From: Gammaproteobacteria bacterium
Lineage (GTDB): Bacteria; Pseudomonadota; Gammaproteobacteria; JACCXJ01
Length of the DNA: 56,020 bases
Reading direction: 5' to 3'
Assembly: GCA_050740755.1 (NCBI GenBank)
Contig: JBOIDT010000002.1
Span: 1-56,020 of the forward strand
Part shown: positions 44,373 through 53,822 of the stretch, one piece after another
How the letters are laid out: every line of letters starts with the position of its first letter
Numbering within the stretch: position 1 is the first letter of the stretch
Translations under genes and position numbers: made by a program
Notes under the pieces: model-generated
Told to the model about the DNA's origin: nothing
Seen by the model: the letters and a program-made list of their open reading frames with translations, nothing else
The model's database searches: none

Positions 44373-45995
44373 CTACATGCGGAACACGCCGAAACGCGTC
44401 CGCCGGCTCGGCGCGCCGGCGCAGATGCGGAGCGCCTGCGCCAGCACCTCGCGGGTGCGCGCGGGGTCGATGATTCCGTCGTCCCAGAGCCGGGCGGTGG
44501 CGTAGTAGGGGTGACCCTGGGTCTCGTATTGATCTCGGATCTCGGCGCGGTAGGCGGCCTCATCTTCGGTGCCCCACTCGGCGCCCCGCGCCTTCAGTGA
44601 CTCGCGCCGGACCACCGACAGCACCGAGGCCGCGACCTCGCCGCCCATGACCGAGATGCGGGCGTTCGGCCACATCCACAGGAAACGCGGGTCGTAGGCC
44701 CGGCCGCACATGGCATAGTTGCCGGCGCCGAACGAGCCGCCGATGACGACGGTGAGCTTGGGGACCTCCGCGCAGGCGACCGCCGCGACCATCTTGGCGC
44801 CGTCCTTGGCGATCCCGCCCGATTCGTATTTCTTGCCCACCATGAACCCCGTGACGTTCTGGAGGAACACCAGCGGCGTGCCGCGCTGGCATGCGATCTC
44901 GATGAAATGGCTGCCCTTGAGCGCCGATTCGGAGAACAGGATCCCGTTGTTGGCGAGGATGCCGACGGGATGACCCGCGATGCGGGCGAAGCCGCACACC
45001 AAGGTCTTGCCGTAGAGGGCCTTGAACTCGTGGAGGTCCGAGCCGTCCACGATGCGCGCGATGACCTCGCGCACGTCGTACTGGAAACGCGGGTCCCTGG
45101 GGACGATCCCGTAGATCTCCTCCGCCGGATAGCGAGGGTCGACACACGTTTTCGGCTCCTCGGAGCCCCTTATTACTTTTGGTGTCGGGCGCGACGGGAG
45201 ATGGGACACGATGTCGCGGGCCATGCGAAGGGCATGGGCGTCGTCTTCGGCGAGGTGATCCGCGACCCCCGAGGTGCGGCAGTGCAGATCCCCGCCGCCC
45301 AGGGTCTCGGCATCCACGACCTCGCCGGTCGCGGCCTGCACGAGCTGTGGACCGCCGAGATAGATCGTCCCCTGGTTCCGCACGATGATGGCCTCGTCCG
45401 ACATCGCCGGCACATAGGCGCCGCCCGCGACGCAATTACCCATGACCACCGCGATCTGGGGGATCCGGAGCGCCGACAGCCGGGCCTGGTGATAGAAGAT
45501 CCGGCCGAAGTGCTCGCGGTCGGGAAACACCTCTGCCTGGAGCGGAAGAAAGGCCCCGCCCGAATCGACCAGATAAATGCACGGCAGCCGGTTCTCCTCT
45601 GCGATCGCCTGCGCCCGCAGGTGTTTCTTGGCGGTGATCGGATAGTAAGTCCCGCCTTTCACCGTGGCGTCGTTCGCGACCACCACGACGTGCCGGCCGT
45701 GTATCTGGCCGATCCCGGTGATGATGCCGCCCGCGGGCAGCTCGCCGTCATAGAGGCCGAGGCCGGCCAGCGGCGACAGTTCCAGGAACGCGCTGTCCGG
45801 ATCGAGCAAGGTCGCGATGCGCGCGCGCGCCAGGAGCTTGCCGCGCTTCTGGTGCCGTTCACGCGCCGCCTCGGGGCCGCCGCAGAGCGCCTTGGCGAGG
45901 CGTTCGTTCAGGTCCGCAACGAGCCCGCAGAGGTGGGATGCGTTCTCGGCGAACCCGGTCGCACTGGAATCGATGCGCGTCGAGAGGACCGGCAT
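44373..45995 (-). CDS. liuB: Methylcrotonyl-CoA carboxylase carboxyltransferase (beta) subunit
   Basis: [19 protein letters not shown]..., 540 aa of carboxyltransferase-family sequence. Lies in an operon with ivd and the hydratase. The 840-aa ORF in the track is an artefactual upstream extension. Confidence 0.88.
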   Translation of the reverse strand: MPVLSTRIDSSATGFAENASHLCGLVADLNERLAKALCGGPEAARERHQKRGKLLARARIATLLDPDSAFLELSPLAGLGLYDGELPAGGIITGIGQIHGRHVVVVANDATVKGGTYYPITAKKHLRAQAIAEENRLPCIYLVDSGGAFLPLQAEVFPDREHFGRIFYHQARLSALRIPQIAVVMGNCVAGGAYVPAMSDEAIIVRNQGTIYLGGPQLVQAATGEVVDAETLGGGDLHCRTSGVADHLAEDDAHALRMARDIVSHLPSRPTPKVIRGSEEPKTCVDPRYPAEEIYGIVPRDPRFQYDVREVIARIVDGSDLHEFKALYGKTLVCGFARIAGHPVGILANNGILFSESALKGSHFIEIACQRGTPLVFLQNVTGFMVGKKYESGGIAKDGAKMVAAVACAEVPKLTVVIGGSFGAGNYAMCGRAYDPRFLWMWPNARISVMGGEVAASVLSVVRRESLKARGAEWGTEDEAAYRAEIRDQYETQGHPYYATARLWDDGIIDPARTREVLAQALRICAGAPSRRTRFGVFRM

Positions 45996-45997
45996 CG

Positions 45998-47158
45998 TCA
46001 GAGACACTCGATGGCCAGGGCCGTGGCCTCGCCCCCGCCGATGCAGAGCGAGGCCACGCCGCGTTTCTGCCCGCGGGCCCGCAACGCATGCAACAGGGTC
46101 ACGAGGATGCGCGCGCCCGTGGCCCCGATGGGGTGCCCGAGGGCACAGCCCCCCCCGTGGACGTTGACCCGCTCGGGCCGGAGCCCGAGCTCCCGGATCG
46201 CGGCCAGCGCCACGGCCGCGAAGGCCTCGTTGATCTCGTAGAGATCGGCGTCCGCCGTGCCCCAGCCAAGCCGGTCGAGGAGCCGCCGGATGGCGCCGAT
46301 CGGTGCCGTCGTGAACGCCGCGGGCGCCTGTGCCACCGTGGCATGCGCGAGGATGCGGGCGAGCGTAGGGAGGCCGAGCTTCCCGGCCGTGGGTTCGGCC
46401 ATCAAGAGGAGCGCGGCGGCGCCGTCCGAGATGCTGGAGGCATTGGCCGCGGTTACCGTGCCCCCGTCCTTGCGGAAGGCGGGCTTGAGCCTCGTGATGC
46501 GGGTGAGATCGCAGCGCCCCGGCCCTTCGTCCTCGGAGACCGTCTTGCCCTTTACCTCGACGGGGACGATCTCCGCGTGGAACGCCCCGTCCGCGATGGC
46601 GCAGAGGCTGCGCCGCACGGACTCGGCGGCGTAGGCGTCCTGCTCCGCCCGTGTGAAATGAAATCGGTCGGCGCACTGCTCGGCGAAGAAGCCCATCGGC
46701 TCGCCGCTTTCCGGGTCTTCCAGCCCGTCGTAGGACATGTGGTCGAGGAGGCGCGCATGCCCCATGCGTTGGGCGCGCGGCACCAGATAGGGGGCCCGGC
46801 TCATGGACTCCATCCCGCCCGCGACCACGATCTCGGCGGCACCGGCGCGGATCTGATCGAAACCCAGCATGACCGCCTTCATGCCCGAGCCGCACATCTT
46901 GTTCACCGTGGTTGCCGGCACGCCGATCGGGATCCCGGCCTTCAAGGCGGCCTGGCGGGCCGGTGCCTGGCCGAGCCCGGCGGGCAGCACACAGCCCATC
47001 AGCACCTCGTCGATGCGGGCCGGATCGATGCCGCTCTCCTCGATCACCGCGCGTATGGCAGCGGCGCCGAGCTCGGTCGCCGGGACCGCGGAAAATGCGC
47101 CCAGGAATGCGGCGATGGGCGTCCGTCTCGCGGCGCAGATCACGATTTCGTCCGGCAT
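45998..47158 (-). CDS. Acetyl-CoA C-acetyltransferase (thiolase II)
   Basis: [12 protein letters not shown] (active-site Cys), [33 protein letters not shown]. Confidence 0.9.
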   Translation of the reverse strand: MPDEIVICAARRTPIAAFLGAFSAVPATELGAAAIRAVIEESGIDPARIDEVLMGCVLPAGLGQAPARQAALKAGIPIGVPATTVNKMCGSGMKAVMLGFDQIRAGAAEIVVAGGMESMSRAPYLVPRAQRMGHARLLDHMSYDGLEDPESGEPMGFFAEQCADRFHFTRAEQDAYAAESVRRSLCAIADGAFHAEIVPVEVKGKTVSEDEGPGRCDLTRITRLKPAFRKDGGTVTAANASSISDGAAALLLMAEPTAGKLGLPTLARILAHATVAQAPAAFTTAPIGAIRRLLDRLGWGTADADLYEINEAFAAVALAAIRELGLRPERVNVHGGGCALGHPIGATGARILVTLLHALRARGQKRGVASLCIGGGEATALAIECL

Positions 47159-47159
47159 C

Positions 47160-48317
47160 TCACAGCCCTCGTTCCGAAAGCCCTCGTTCAACCAGCTCGC
47201 GCCCGATCAACCAGCGCCGGATCTCGTTCGTGCCGCCGCCGATGTCGTACACCTTGGCGTCGCGCAGGAGGCGTCCGGCGGGTGATTCGTTCATGTAACC
47301 CCTGGCGCCCAGGCACTGGATGGTTTCCAGGGCGACGCGCACCGCCGACTCGGAGGCGAACAAGAGGCACGCGGCAGCGTCTTTGCGGCTACGTTCGCCC
47401 CGATCGAATTGCGCGGCGACGCGATAGGTCATGGCACGGGCGGCTTCGAGTGCGGTGTACATGTCCGCGAGCTTGCCCTGCATCAGCTCGAAGCTCCCGA
47501 TGGCCTGGCCGAACTGCCGTCGTGCGCGCACATAGGGGAGGACAAGGTCTAGGGCGGCCTGCATGATCCCGAGCGGCCCACCGGAGAGCACCAGGCGCTC
47601 GCTGTCCAGGCCGCGCATCAAGATCCGCGTGCCCTCGTCGACCGTGCCGAGCACGTGCGCTTCGGGTAGCTCGCAGTCCTCGAAGACGAGCTCGCAGGTG
47701 TTCGAGCCGCGCATGCCGAGTTTATCGGTCTTCGAGCCCTTGCGGAAACCCGGCGTGCCGTCCTCGATCAGGAACGCCGTGATGGAGCGGGAGCCGGCCT
47801 CGAGAGGCGCGGTGCGCATATAGACGATGAGGAGACGCGCCTCGGGGCCGTTCGTGATCCATTTCTTGGTGCCGTTCGCGACGAAGCCCCGGCCGCGCCG
47901 CTCTGCCCGGCAGTCCATCGCCCCGATGATGTCCGATCCCGCACCGGCCTCGGACATGGCGAGCGCACCTACCCATTCCCCGCGGCACAGGAGCGGTAGA
48001 TAACAGCCCTTCTGGGCCTCGGAGCCGTTCTCGTAGAGGGTGTTGACGCACAGGTTGGAGTGGGCGGCGTAGGACAGGCCGACCGATCCCGAGGCGCGTG
48101 AGACCTCCTCCATGGCGATCACGTGCGCCAGGTATCCGAGCCCGCGTCCCCCGTACTCGGGGGCGACGGTGAGCCCGAGCAGGCCGGCTTTCCCGAGCTT
48201 GGCCCAGAGATGACCCGGGAACGCGTTGTCACGGTCGATGGCCTCGGCATGCGGCTCTACCTCGGCCTCGGCGAAGGCCCGTACGGCTTGTCGAAACCCC
48301 TGCAGATCCACGGTCAC
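47160..48317 (-). CDS. liuA: Isovaleryl-CoA dehydrogenase
   Basis: Acyl-CoA dehydrogenase motifs (ALAMSEAGAGSD, KWITNGP, YDIGGGTNEIRR). GTG start at 48317. liu operon context. Confidence 0.88.
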   Translation of the reverse strand: MTVDLQGFRQAVRAFAEAEVEPHAEAIDRDNAFPGHLWAKLGKAGLLGLTVAPEYGGRGLGYLAHVIAMEEVSRASGSVGLSYAAHSNLCVNTLYENGSEAQKGCYLPLLCRGEWVGALAMSEAGAGSDIIGAMDCRAERRGRGFVANGTKKWITNGPEARLLIVYMRTAPLEAGSRSITAFLIEDGTPGFRKGSKTDKLGMRGSNTCELVFEDCELPEAHVLGTVDEGTRILMRGLDSERLVLSGGPLGIMQAALDLVLPYVRARRQFGQAIGSFELMQGKLADMYTALEAARAMTYRVAAQFDRGERSRKDAAACLLFASESAVRVALETIQCLGARGYMNESPAGRLLRDAKVYDIGGGTNEIRRWLIGRELVERGLSERGL

Positions 48318-48498
48318 GCTAGTCTACCTCCATTAGAGTATGGATAATGGCGGCGCCCATTGCCTCCCGGCAGCGGTCCCGGGGATCGCGGCCCGGACTC
48401 CCCACGGACATCCCAATGGGACATCCAACCGGGCCGGGCTCGCGTAATGATCCTGGGACGGGCGGTCCCGACCTCTCTAGCCAAGAAGGAGTAAAGCC

Positions 48499-48954
48499 AT
48501 GCATCCGAAGAGTTTCAGACAGCTTCTCTCGATCACCGCACTGTCGGCCGTACTGGTGGCCGCGGGCTGCAACTCGACGGCCCCTAAGCCCGAGACCAGC
48601 CTGTATCAACGACTCGGGGGAAGAGAGGCCATCACCGCCGTGGTCGATGACTTCGTCGCCAATGTCGCCGCCGACTCGCGTATCAACGGCCGCTTTGCGA
48701 CCACCGACCTCCCGAGACTCAAGCGCCTCTTGGTCGAGCAGATCTGCGCCGGCAGCGGCGGGCCTTGCACCTACACCGGCCGGGACATGAAGACCACGCA
48801 TGCGGGCATGGGGATTAACGACGCGGAGTTCGATGCCCTGGTCGAGGACCTGGTTCGGAGCCTGGATAAGTTCAAGGTGCCGGCCGCGGAGAAGGAGGAG
48901 CTGCTCGGCATCCTGGGCCCCATGAAGGCGGACATCGTGGAGCCGGGGGCGTGA
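48499..48954 (+). CDS. Group 1 truncated hemoglobin with a lipoprotein signal peptide
   Basis: Lipobox [39 protein letters not shown]...[10 protein letters not shown] is the trHbN pattern. Confidence 0.8.
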   Translation: MHPKSFRQLLSITALSAVLVAAGCNSTAPKPETSLYQRLGGREAITAVVDDFVANVAADSRINGRFATTDLPRLKRLLVEQICAGSGGPCTYTGRDMKTTHAGMGINDAEFDALVEDLVRSLDKFKVPAAEKEELLGILGPMKADIVEPGA

Positions 48955-48989
48955 AGTAAGCAAGGGCGGGTACGAGACCCGCCCCTACG

Positions 48990-49397
48990 TCAGCGTCCGG
49001 GTCCGAGCAGGTCCTTGAGCGCGGCGAAGGGGCGATGGGTGGCCGCCGCCGTCTCCTCGTGTTTCAGGCAGACGCCCTCCCCGCGTACGAGATCGGCGTG
49101 GCGGGCATGCTCGTTGTCATGACAGTAACGGCACAGCAACTCCCAGTTGCTCCCGTCGGGCGGGTTGTGGTCGTGGTCGTGGTCGCGGTGGTGGACGGTC
49201 AGCTCGTGGAGGTTGATGCGATCGAAGCCGCGCCCGCAGCGGCCGCACACCCAGGGGTAGAGCTTGAGCGCCTGCTCGCGATAGCCTTCCATGCGCTCGG
49301 CGTGGCCGCGCCGTGCCTCCGCGACGATCTGATCGAGCCGGTTGGCATCGAGCGCGCCGCGCGCGGGTTTCGGGGGACGGGGGTATTTGTCGGCCAT
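48990..49397 (-). CDS. yajD: YajD-family HNH nuclease
   Basis: CGRCG...LTVHHRDHDHDHNPPDGSNWELLCRYCHDNEH. Confidence 0.8.
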   Translation of the reverse strand: MADKYPRPPKPARGALDANRLDQIVAEARRGHAERMEGYREQALKLYPWVCGRCGRGFDRINLHELTVHHRDHDHDHNPPDGSNWELLCRYCHDNEHARHADLVRGEGVCLKHEETAAATHRPFAALKDLLGPGR

Positions 49398-49596
49398 GTC
49401 GGTGCTCGCTTGCCGGGGTCCCCTAATGATAGACGAGCGGTCTCACCGATGCCGCACGGCCCGGTTTGGTGATGACCCCATCGTGCGGGGCACCCCCCGT
49501 GGGTGCCATGTCTCACCGACACCGCGCGGCCCGGTTTAGGGCCGGTTGACAGCGCCACGCGCGCGGCTTAGCGTGCCTGCCATCGGAGGGTTTTCA

Positions 49597-50460
49597 ATGC
49601 AACGCGAGATCGATCGCAGCGGGTTACTGGTGACGCCCATCGGCCTCGGGGCCATGCCGCTCTCCCTCGCCGGGCGCCCGGGATCGGAACAGGCGTTCCG
49701 GGTCATCGAGGCTTTCGTCGATGCCGGCGGGGATTTCATCGACACCGCCAACGTCTATTGTCTCGACGATGGCGACATCGGCCATAACGAGCGCCTGATC
49801 GGCAACGCCTTGACGCGCCTCGGACGGCGCGACCAGGTGCTGGTGGCCACCAAGGGCGGGCTGCGCCGGCCGCGCGGGGAGTGGACCGTGGACGGGAGCC
49901 CCGAGTCGTTGCGCGCGTCGTGCGAAGAGAGCCTCGCGGCCCTGGGCACGGACGTCATCACCCTCTACCAGCTCCATGCCGTGGACCCGGCGGTGGATTT
50001 CCTGGAAACCTTGGGGGCGCTCATCGCGCTCAAGGCGGAAGGGAAGATCCGGCACATCGGCCTCTCGAACGTGGACCCCGGGCAGCTCGAGACGGCGCTC
50101 GCGCTCACCGCCATCGCCTCGGTCCAAAACCGCTGTAATCCGTTCTCGCAAGGGGATTTCAAGAACGGCCTCGTGGATCTATGCAGGGCGCGTGGGGTGA
50201 CCTACATCGCCTACAGTCCCGTCGGCGGCCACTTCGGCCACCGGCGTCTGGAAGCCGATCCCTTGTTGGCCCGGCTGGCCGCGAAGTATGCCTTCTCGCC
50301 GCCGTGCATCGCGCTCACCTGGCTGCTCCACAAGGGCGATCACATCCTCCCCATCCCGGGCGCCAGCAAGCCGGCGAGCATCCTGGACAGCCTGAAGGCC
50401 ATGGACCTCGTCCTGGAAACCCCGGACATCGAGGCCATCGACCGCCTGCCGCGCGGTTAG
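49597..50460 (+). CDS. Aldo/keto reductase
   Basis: GGAGGG precedes the ATG at 49597. FIDTANVY, ATKGG, LYQLHAVD, IRHIGLSN, IPIPGASK. Confidence 0.88.
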   Translation: MQREIDRSGLLVTPIGLGAMPLSLAGRPGSEQAFRVIEAFVDAGGDFIDTANVYCLDDGDIGHNERLIGNALTRLGRRDQVLVATKGGLRRPRGEWTVDGSPESLRASCEESLAALGTDVITLYQLHAVDPAVDFLETLGALIALKAEGKIRHIGLSNVDPGQLETALALTAIASVQNRCNPFSQGDFKNGLVDLCRARGVTYIAYSPVGGHFGHRRLEADPLLARLAAKYAFSPPCIALTWLLHKGDHILPIPGASKPASILDSLKAMDLVLETPDIEAIDRLPRG

Positions 50461-50495
50461 TGTGCGGCCTTTGGACGAGCCCGCCCCGGAAGGAG

Positions 50496-50751
50496 ATGTT
50501 GGTCGTAAGATCGCGAAACGGCGTTGCGGTGCGTTTAACCGAAGTGCGATGGCAGCATATCATCCACCGCCATCCGGAAATGATCGAGCAACGGGAGCCG
50601 GTGCTCGAAACCGGATCCGGAACTGGTTCAGGAGGCTGATTACGGTGCGTTACTGGCGATCCGGCTTTTTCCGCGGACGCCGTTGACGAAGAAATACCGG
50701 GTCGTCGTCCGAGAGGTTCCCACACGGTTCGGAGGGCGGGGAGGGCGCTAG
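50496..50751 (+). pseudogene. Small conserved hypothetical gene interrupted by a 1-nt frameshift
   Basis: AAGGAG RBS. Frame 1 reads MLVVRSRNGVAVRLTEVRWQHIIHRHPEMIEQREPVLET, then junk. The next frame continues DPELVQEADYGALLAIRLFPRTPLTKKYRVVVREV. The two halves read as one protein if one G near 50615 is removed. Confidence 0.5.
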
Positions 50752-51035
50752 CCCTTCGCGACCCCTATCTGCCCACCCGCCGGTACGGCCGTGCGGCTCT
50801 GCGTGTGCGGGGCCCACAGGTCGGGACTGCCCTTGAACGGCGATCTGCTCCGGCTCGGTGCGCGGTTCCTTGGGCCGGCGCGCACGGCGCCGCATTACCC
50901 CCTTTACTTCTCGATGCCTTTGCGCCCCCGCGGCCGGGGCTCCTGCGCCAGGAGCCCGGCCTAGCGACGCACAAACCCATGGCGCTACCCTGTGCAACCA
51001 GGACGCGGAATTCGCGCTCATTGCGGGGGTAAAAT

Positions 51036-52736
51036 ATGCTGCCAAGACGAAATCCCAGAGGCCTGGATGGAATGCCGTTGATTTCACCGCAAGCATCGAA
51101 GCCCCACACCGCACACGGCAGGGGCCGCGGCCTGCCGCAGGCCATCCTGCTTTTTCTAGTCCTACCGTTGCTTACACCGGCGACGGCCCAGCCGGCATCC
51201 TCCGATCCATTCGAAGCCCCCTTGGAGATGCTCAATGAATCGAGCTTCGTGAAGAAGGCCGAGGCCGTCAAGGCGATCGAGCGCTTGGGCCATCCACGGA
51301 GCCTCCCGGTGCTGCGCGCCTTGCTCCAAGGGGACCTGCATGCCCGTGCGGAGGACCGTAGGCTCTTCATCGTGAAAGTGAAGGGCGGGGAGTTCGAGCG
51401 CACCGATGCCGTTTCCGGCGAGGTGACGGTCACGCCCGCCAAGGACGGGCTCAAGCGGGTCATCATCAATAACCAATTGAGGCTCGCCTTGCGCGGCGCG
51501 GTGGCGCGCCTGAGCCTTTCGAACGAGGACCCCGCGGTGCGGCTTCTGGCCGTCGAGGAGATCATGAACGACCTCGACGAAGCGGCGCTCGGCGTCCTGC
51601 GGGCGGCGCGCGAGCGCGAAGAGGACACGGGGGTGCGCGAGGCCATGGAAAGCGCCCTGGCCCTCGGCGACCTGGACAGCCCCGAGCGCGAGGTGCGGCT
51701 GGCGGCGGTCGGCAAGCTCGGGGAGAGCCTCAGCACCGTCGCGCGCAACCGGCTGACCAGCCTGATGGACGAGGCCACCGAGGACTCGGCGGTGCGTGCG
51801 GCGGCGCGGCGGGCGGTGAGCGCGATGCGGTTCCGCCTTCAGATCTACGGCTTCTTCGAGACGGTATTTTTCGGTCTGAGCCTCGGCGCGGTCCTGGTGC
51901 TCGCCTCCATCGGGCTCGCCATCACCTTCGGGGTCATGGGGGTCATCAACATGGCCCATGGCGAGCTCATGATGCTCGGCGCCTACACGACCTACCTGGT
52001 GCAGCAATGGATGCCGGGACATCTCGATGTATCGCTGTTCGTCGCCATCCCGCTGGCCTTTCTGGTGTCCGGTCTGGCAGGGGTCGCTATCGAGCGCGGC
52101 GTCATCCGGTTCCTGTACGGCCGCCCGCTCGAGACCCTGCTCGCGACCTTCGGGATCAGCCTGGTCTTGCAGCAGGCGGTGCGGACCATCTTCTCGCCGC
52201 TCAACCGCTCGGTCTCGACACCCGCCTGGATGAGCGGATCGCTCGAGGTCAACAACGCCCTGTCGCTGACCTACAACCGCCTCTACATCACCGCCTTCGG
52301 GCTCCTCGTGTTCGCGGGTGTGGTCATGCTCTTGAAACGGACGCGGCTCGGCCTGGAGGTGCGAGCCGTGGCGCAGAACCGCTCGATGGCCAAGGCCATG
52401 GGGATCCGCACCGAGTGGGTCGATGCCATGACCTTCGGCCTGGGCTCGGGGATCGCCGGCGTCGCGGGGGTGGCCTTGAGCCAGCTTACCAACGTCGGCC
52501 CGAACCTCGGCCAGTCCTACATCGTCGATTGCTTCATGGTGGTGGTGTTCGGCGGGGTGGGGAACCTGTGGGGCACCTTGGTCGGGGGCCTTTCGCTCGG
52601 GATCGTGAACAAGTTCCTGGAACCCTATGCGGGTGCCGTGCTCGCCAAGATCCTGGTGCTCGTCTTCATCATCGTCTACATCCAGAAACGCCCGCGCGGA
52701 TTATTCCCGCAGAAGGGCCGGGCGGCAGAGAGCTAG
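51036..52736 (+). CDS. urtB: Urea ABC transporter permease UrtB (long form with an N-terminal signal peptide and HEAT-like repeat domain)
   Basis: The C-terminal ~300 aa form a LivH-type permease (GVINMAHGELMMLGAY...). The N-terminal ~270 aa contain repeats such as AVKAIERLGHPRSLPVLRALL and DPAVRLLAVEEI. Confidence 0.85.
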   Translation: MLPRRNPRGLDGMPLISPQASKPHTAHGRGRGLPQAILLFLVLPLLTPATAQPASSDPFEAPLEMLNESSFVKKAEAVKAIERLGHPRSLPVLRALLQGDLHARAEDRRLFIVKVKGGEFERTDAVSGEVTVTPAKDGLKRVIINNQLRLALRGAVARLSLSNEDPAVRLLAVEEIMNDLDEAALGVLRAAREREEDTGVREAMESALALGDLDSPEREVRLAAVGKLGESLSTVARNRLTSLMDEATEDSAVRAAARRAVSAMRFRLQIYGFFETVFFGLSLGAVLVLASIGLAITFGVMGVINMAHGELMMLGAYTTYLVQQWMPGHLDVSLFVAIPLAFLVSGLAGVAIERGVIRFLYGRPLETLLATFGISLVLQQAVRTIFSPLNRSVSTPAWMSGSLEVNNALSLTYNRLYITAFGLLVFAGVVMLLKRTRLGLEVRAVAQNRSMAKAMGIRTEWVDAMTFGLGSGIAGVAGVALSQLTNVGPNLGQSYIVDCFMVVVFGGVGNLWGTLVGGLSLGIVNKFLEPYAGAVLAKILVLVFIIVYIQKRPRGLFPQKGRAAES

Positions 52737-52739
52737 GGC

Positions 52740-53822
52740 ATGCTCGGGCTCACGACACGCGATACCGGCGGGAGCATCCTCCTCGGCATCCTAGGTCTCG
52801 CCATCGTGATTGTCCCGGTCCTGAACCTGCTCGTTCCCGAGACCTCGGCGCTGCACCTCTCGACCTACACGGTCACGCTCTTCGGCAAGTATCTGACCTA
52901 TGCCCTCCTGGCCGTGGCCCTGGACCTCATCTGGGGTTATTGCGGGATCATGAGCCTCGGGCACGGTGCCTTCTTCGCCCTCGGGGGCTATGCCATGGGC
53001 ATGTATCTCATGCGCCAGATCGGCCCGCGCGGGGTCTATGGCCACCCGGTGCTGCCGGACTTCATGGTGTTTTTGGACTGGCCGGCGCTGCCGTGGTATT
53101 GGCATGGCTTCGATCGGTTCTGGTTCGCGATGCTCATGGTGGTCCTGGTGCCCGGGCTCCTGGCGCTCGTCTTCGGGTGGCTCGCGTTTCGCTCGCGCGT
53201 CACCGGTGTCTACCTCTCGATCATCACCCAGGCCCTGACCTACGCCCTCATGCTCGCCTTCTTCCGCAACGACATGGGCTTCGGCGGCAACAACGGGCTC
53301 ACGGACTTCAAAGACCTCCTGGGTTTCGGCGTGCATGCGAATGGGACGCGCGTCGCCCTCTTCGTGATCTCGGCGCTCGCGCTCATGGTCGGCTATCTCG
53401 CCTGTCGCGCGGTGGTCGAATCCAAGCTCGGACGGGTGGTGGTGGCCATCCGCGACGCCGAGGACCGCACCCGCTTCCTGGGCTACCGGGTCGAACTCTA
53501 CAAGCTCTGGGTCTTCGTGCTCTCGGCGGTGCTCGCCGGGATCGCCGGGGCCCTGTACGTCCCCCAGGTCGGGATCATCAACCCGAGCGAGTTCTCACCT
53601 TTGAACTCCATCGAGATGGTGATCTGGGTGTCGATGGGCGGGCGCGCCACGCTCTACGGCGCGGTGGTCGGGGCCATCGTCGTGAACTACGCGAAGACCT
53701 GGATGACCGGAGCGCTGCCCGAGATGTGGGTGTTCGCGTTGGGCGCGATGTTCGTCCTGGTCACGGTGTTTCTGCCGCGCGGGATCGTCGGTCTCCTCAA
53801 GGCGCGCAAGGGGGCCGAGTGA
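52740..53822 (+). CDS. urtC: Urea ABC transporter permease UrtC
   Basis: LivM-type permease (GIMSLGHGAFFALGGY, NGLTDF). Follows urtB. Confidence 0.88.
   Translation: MLGLTTRDTGGSILLGILGLAIVIVPVLNLLVPETSALHLSTYTVTLFGKYLTYALLAVALDLIWGYCGIMSLGHGAFFALGGYAMGMYLMRQIGPRGVYGHPVLPDFMVFLDWPALPWYWHGFDRFWFAMLMVVLVPGLLALVFGWLAFRSRVTGVYLSIITQALTYALMLAFFRNDMGFGGNNGLTDFKDLLGFGVHANGTRVALFVISALALMVGYLACRAVVESKLGRVVVAIRDAEDRTRFLGYRVELYKLWVFVLSAVLAGIAGALYVPQVGIINPSEFSPLNSIEMVIWVSMGGRATLYGAVVGAIVVNYAKTWMTGALPEMWVFALGAMFVLVTVFLPRGIVGLLKARKGAE

Noticed and set aside
40946-44563. Single 1205-aa ORF in the track
   Set aside because: The first 76 codons overlap the liuB 3' end and are Arg/Pro-rich. The middle (~43060-43280) is compositional junk, while the alternative frame reads as good protein ending in a stop that overlaps a GTG. 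I interpret this as two genes plus a homopolymer frameshift.
44373-46895. 840-aa ORF, and similar long N-terminal extensions (1842-3257, 21493-23469, 9940-11592, 52007-54697)
   Set aside because: The extensions overlap well-supported neighbouring genes and are Arg/Gly/Pro-rich, as expected for open frames in high-GC DNA. Recognisable protein sequence starts at internal start codons with RBS-like motifs.
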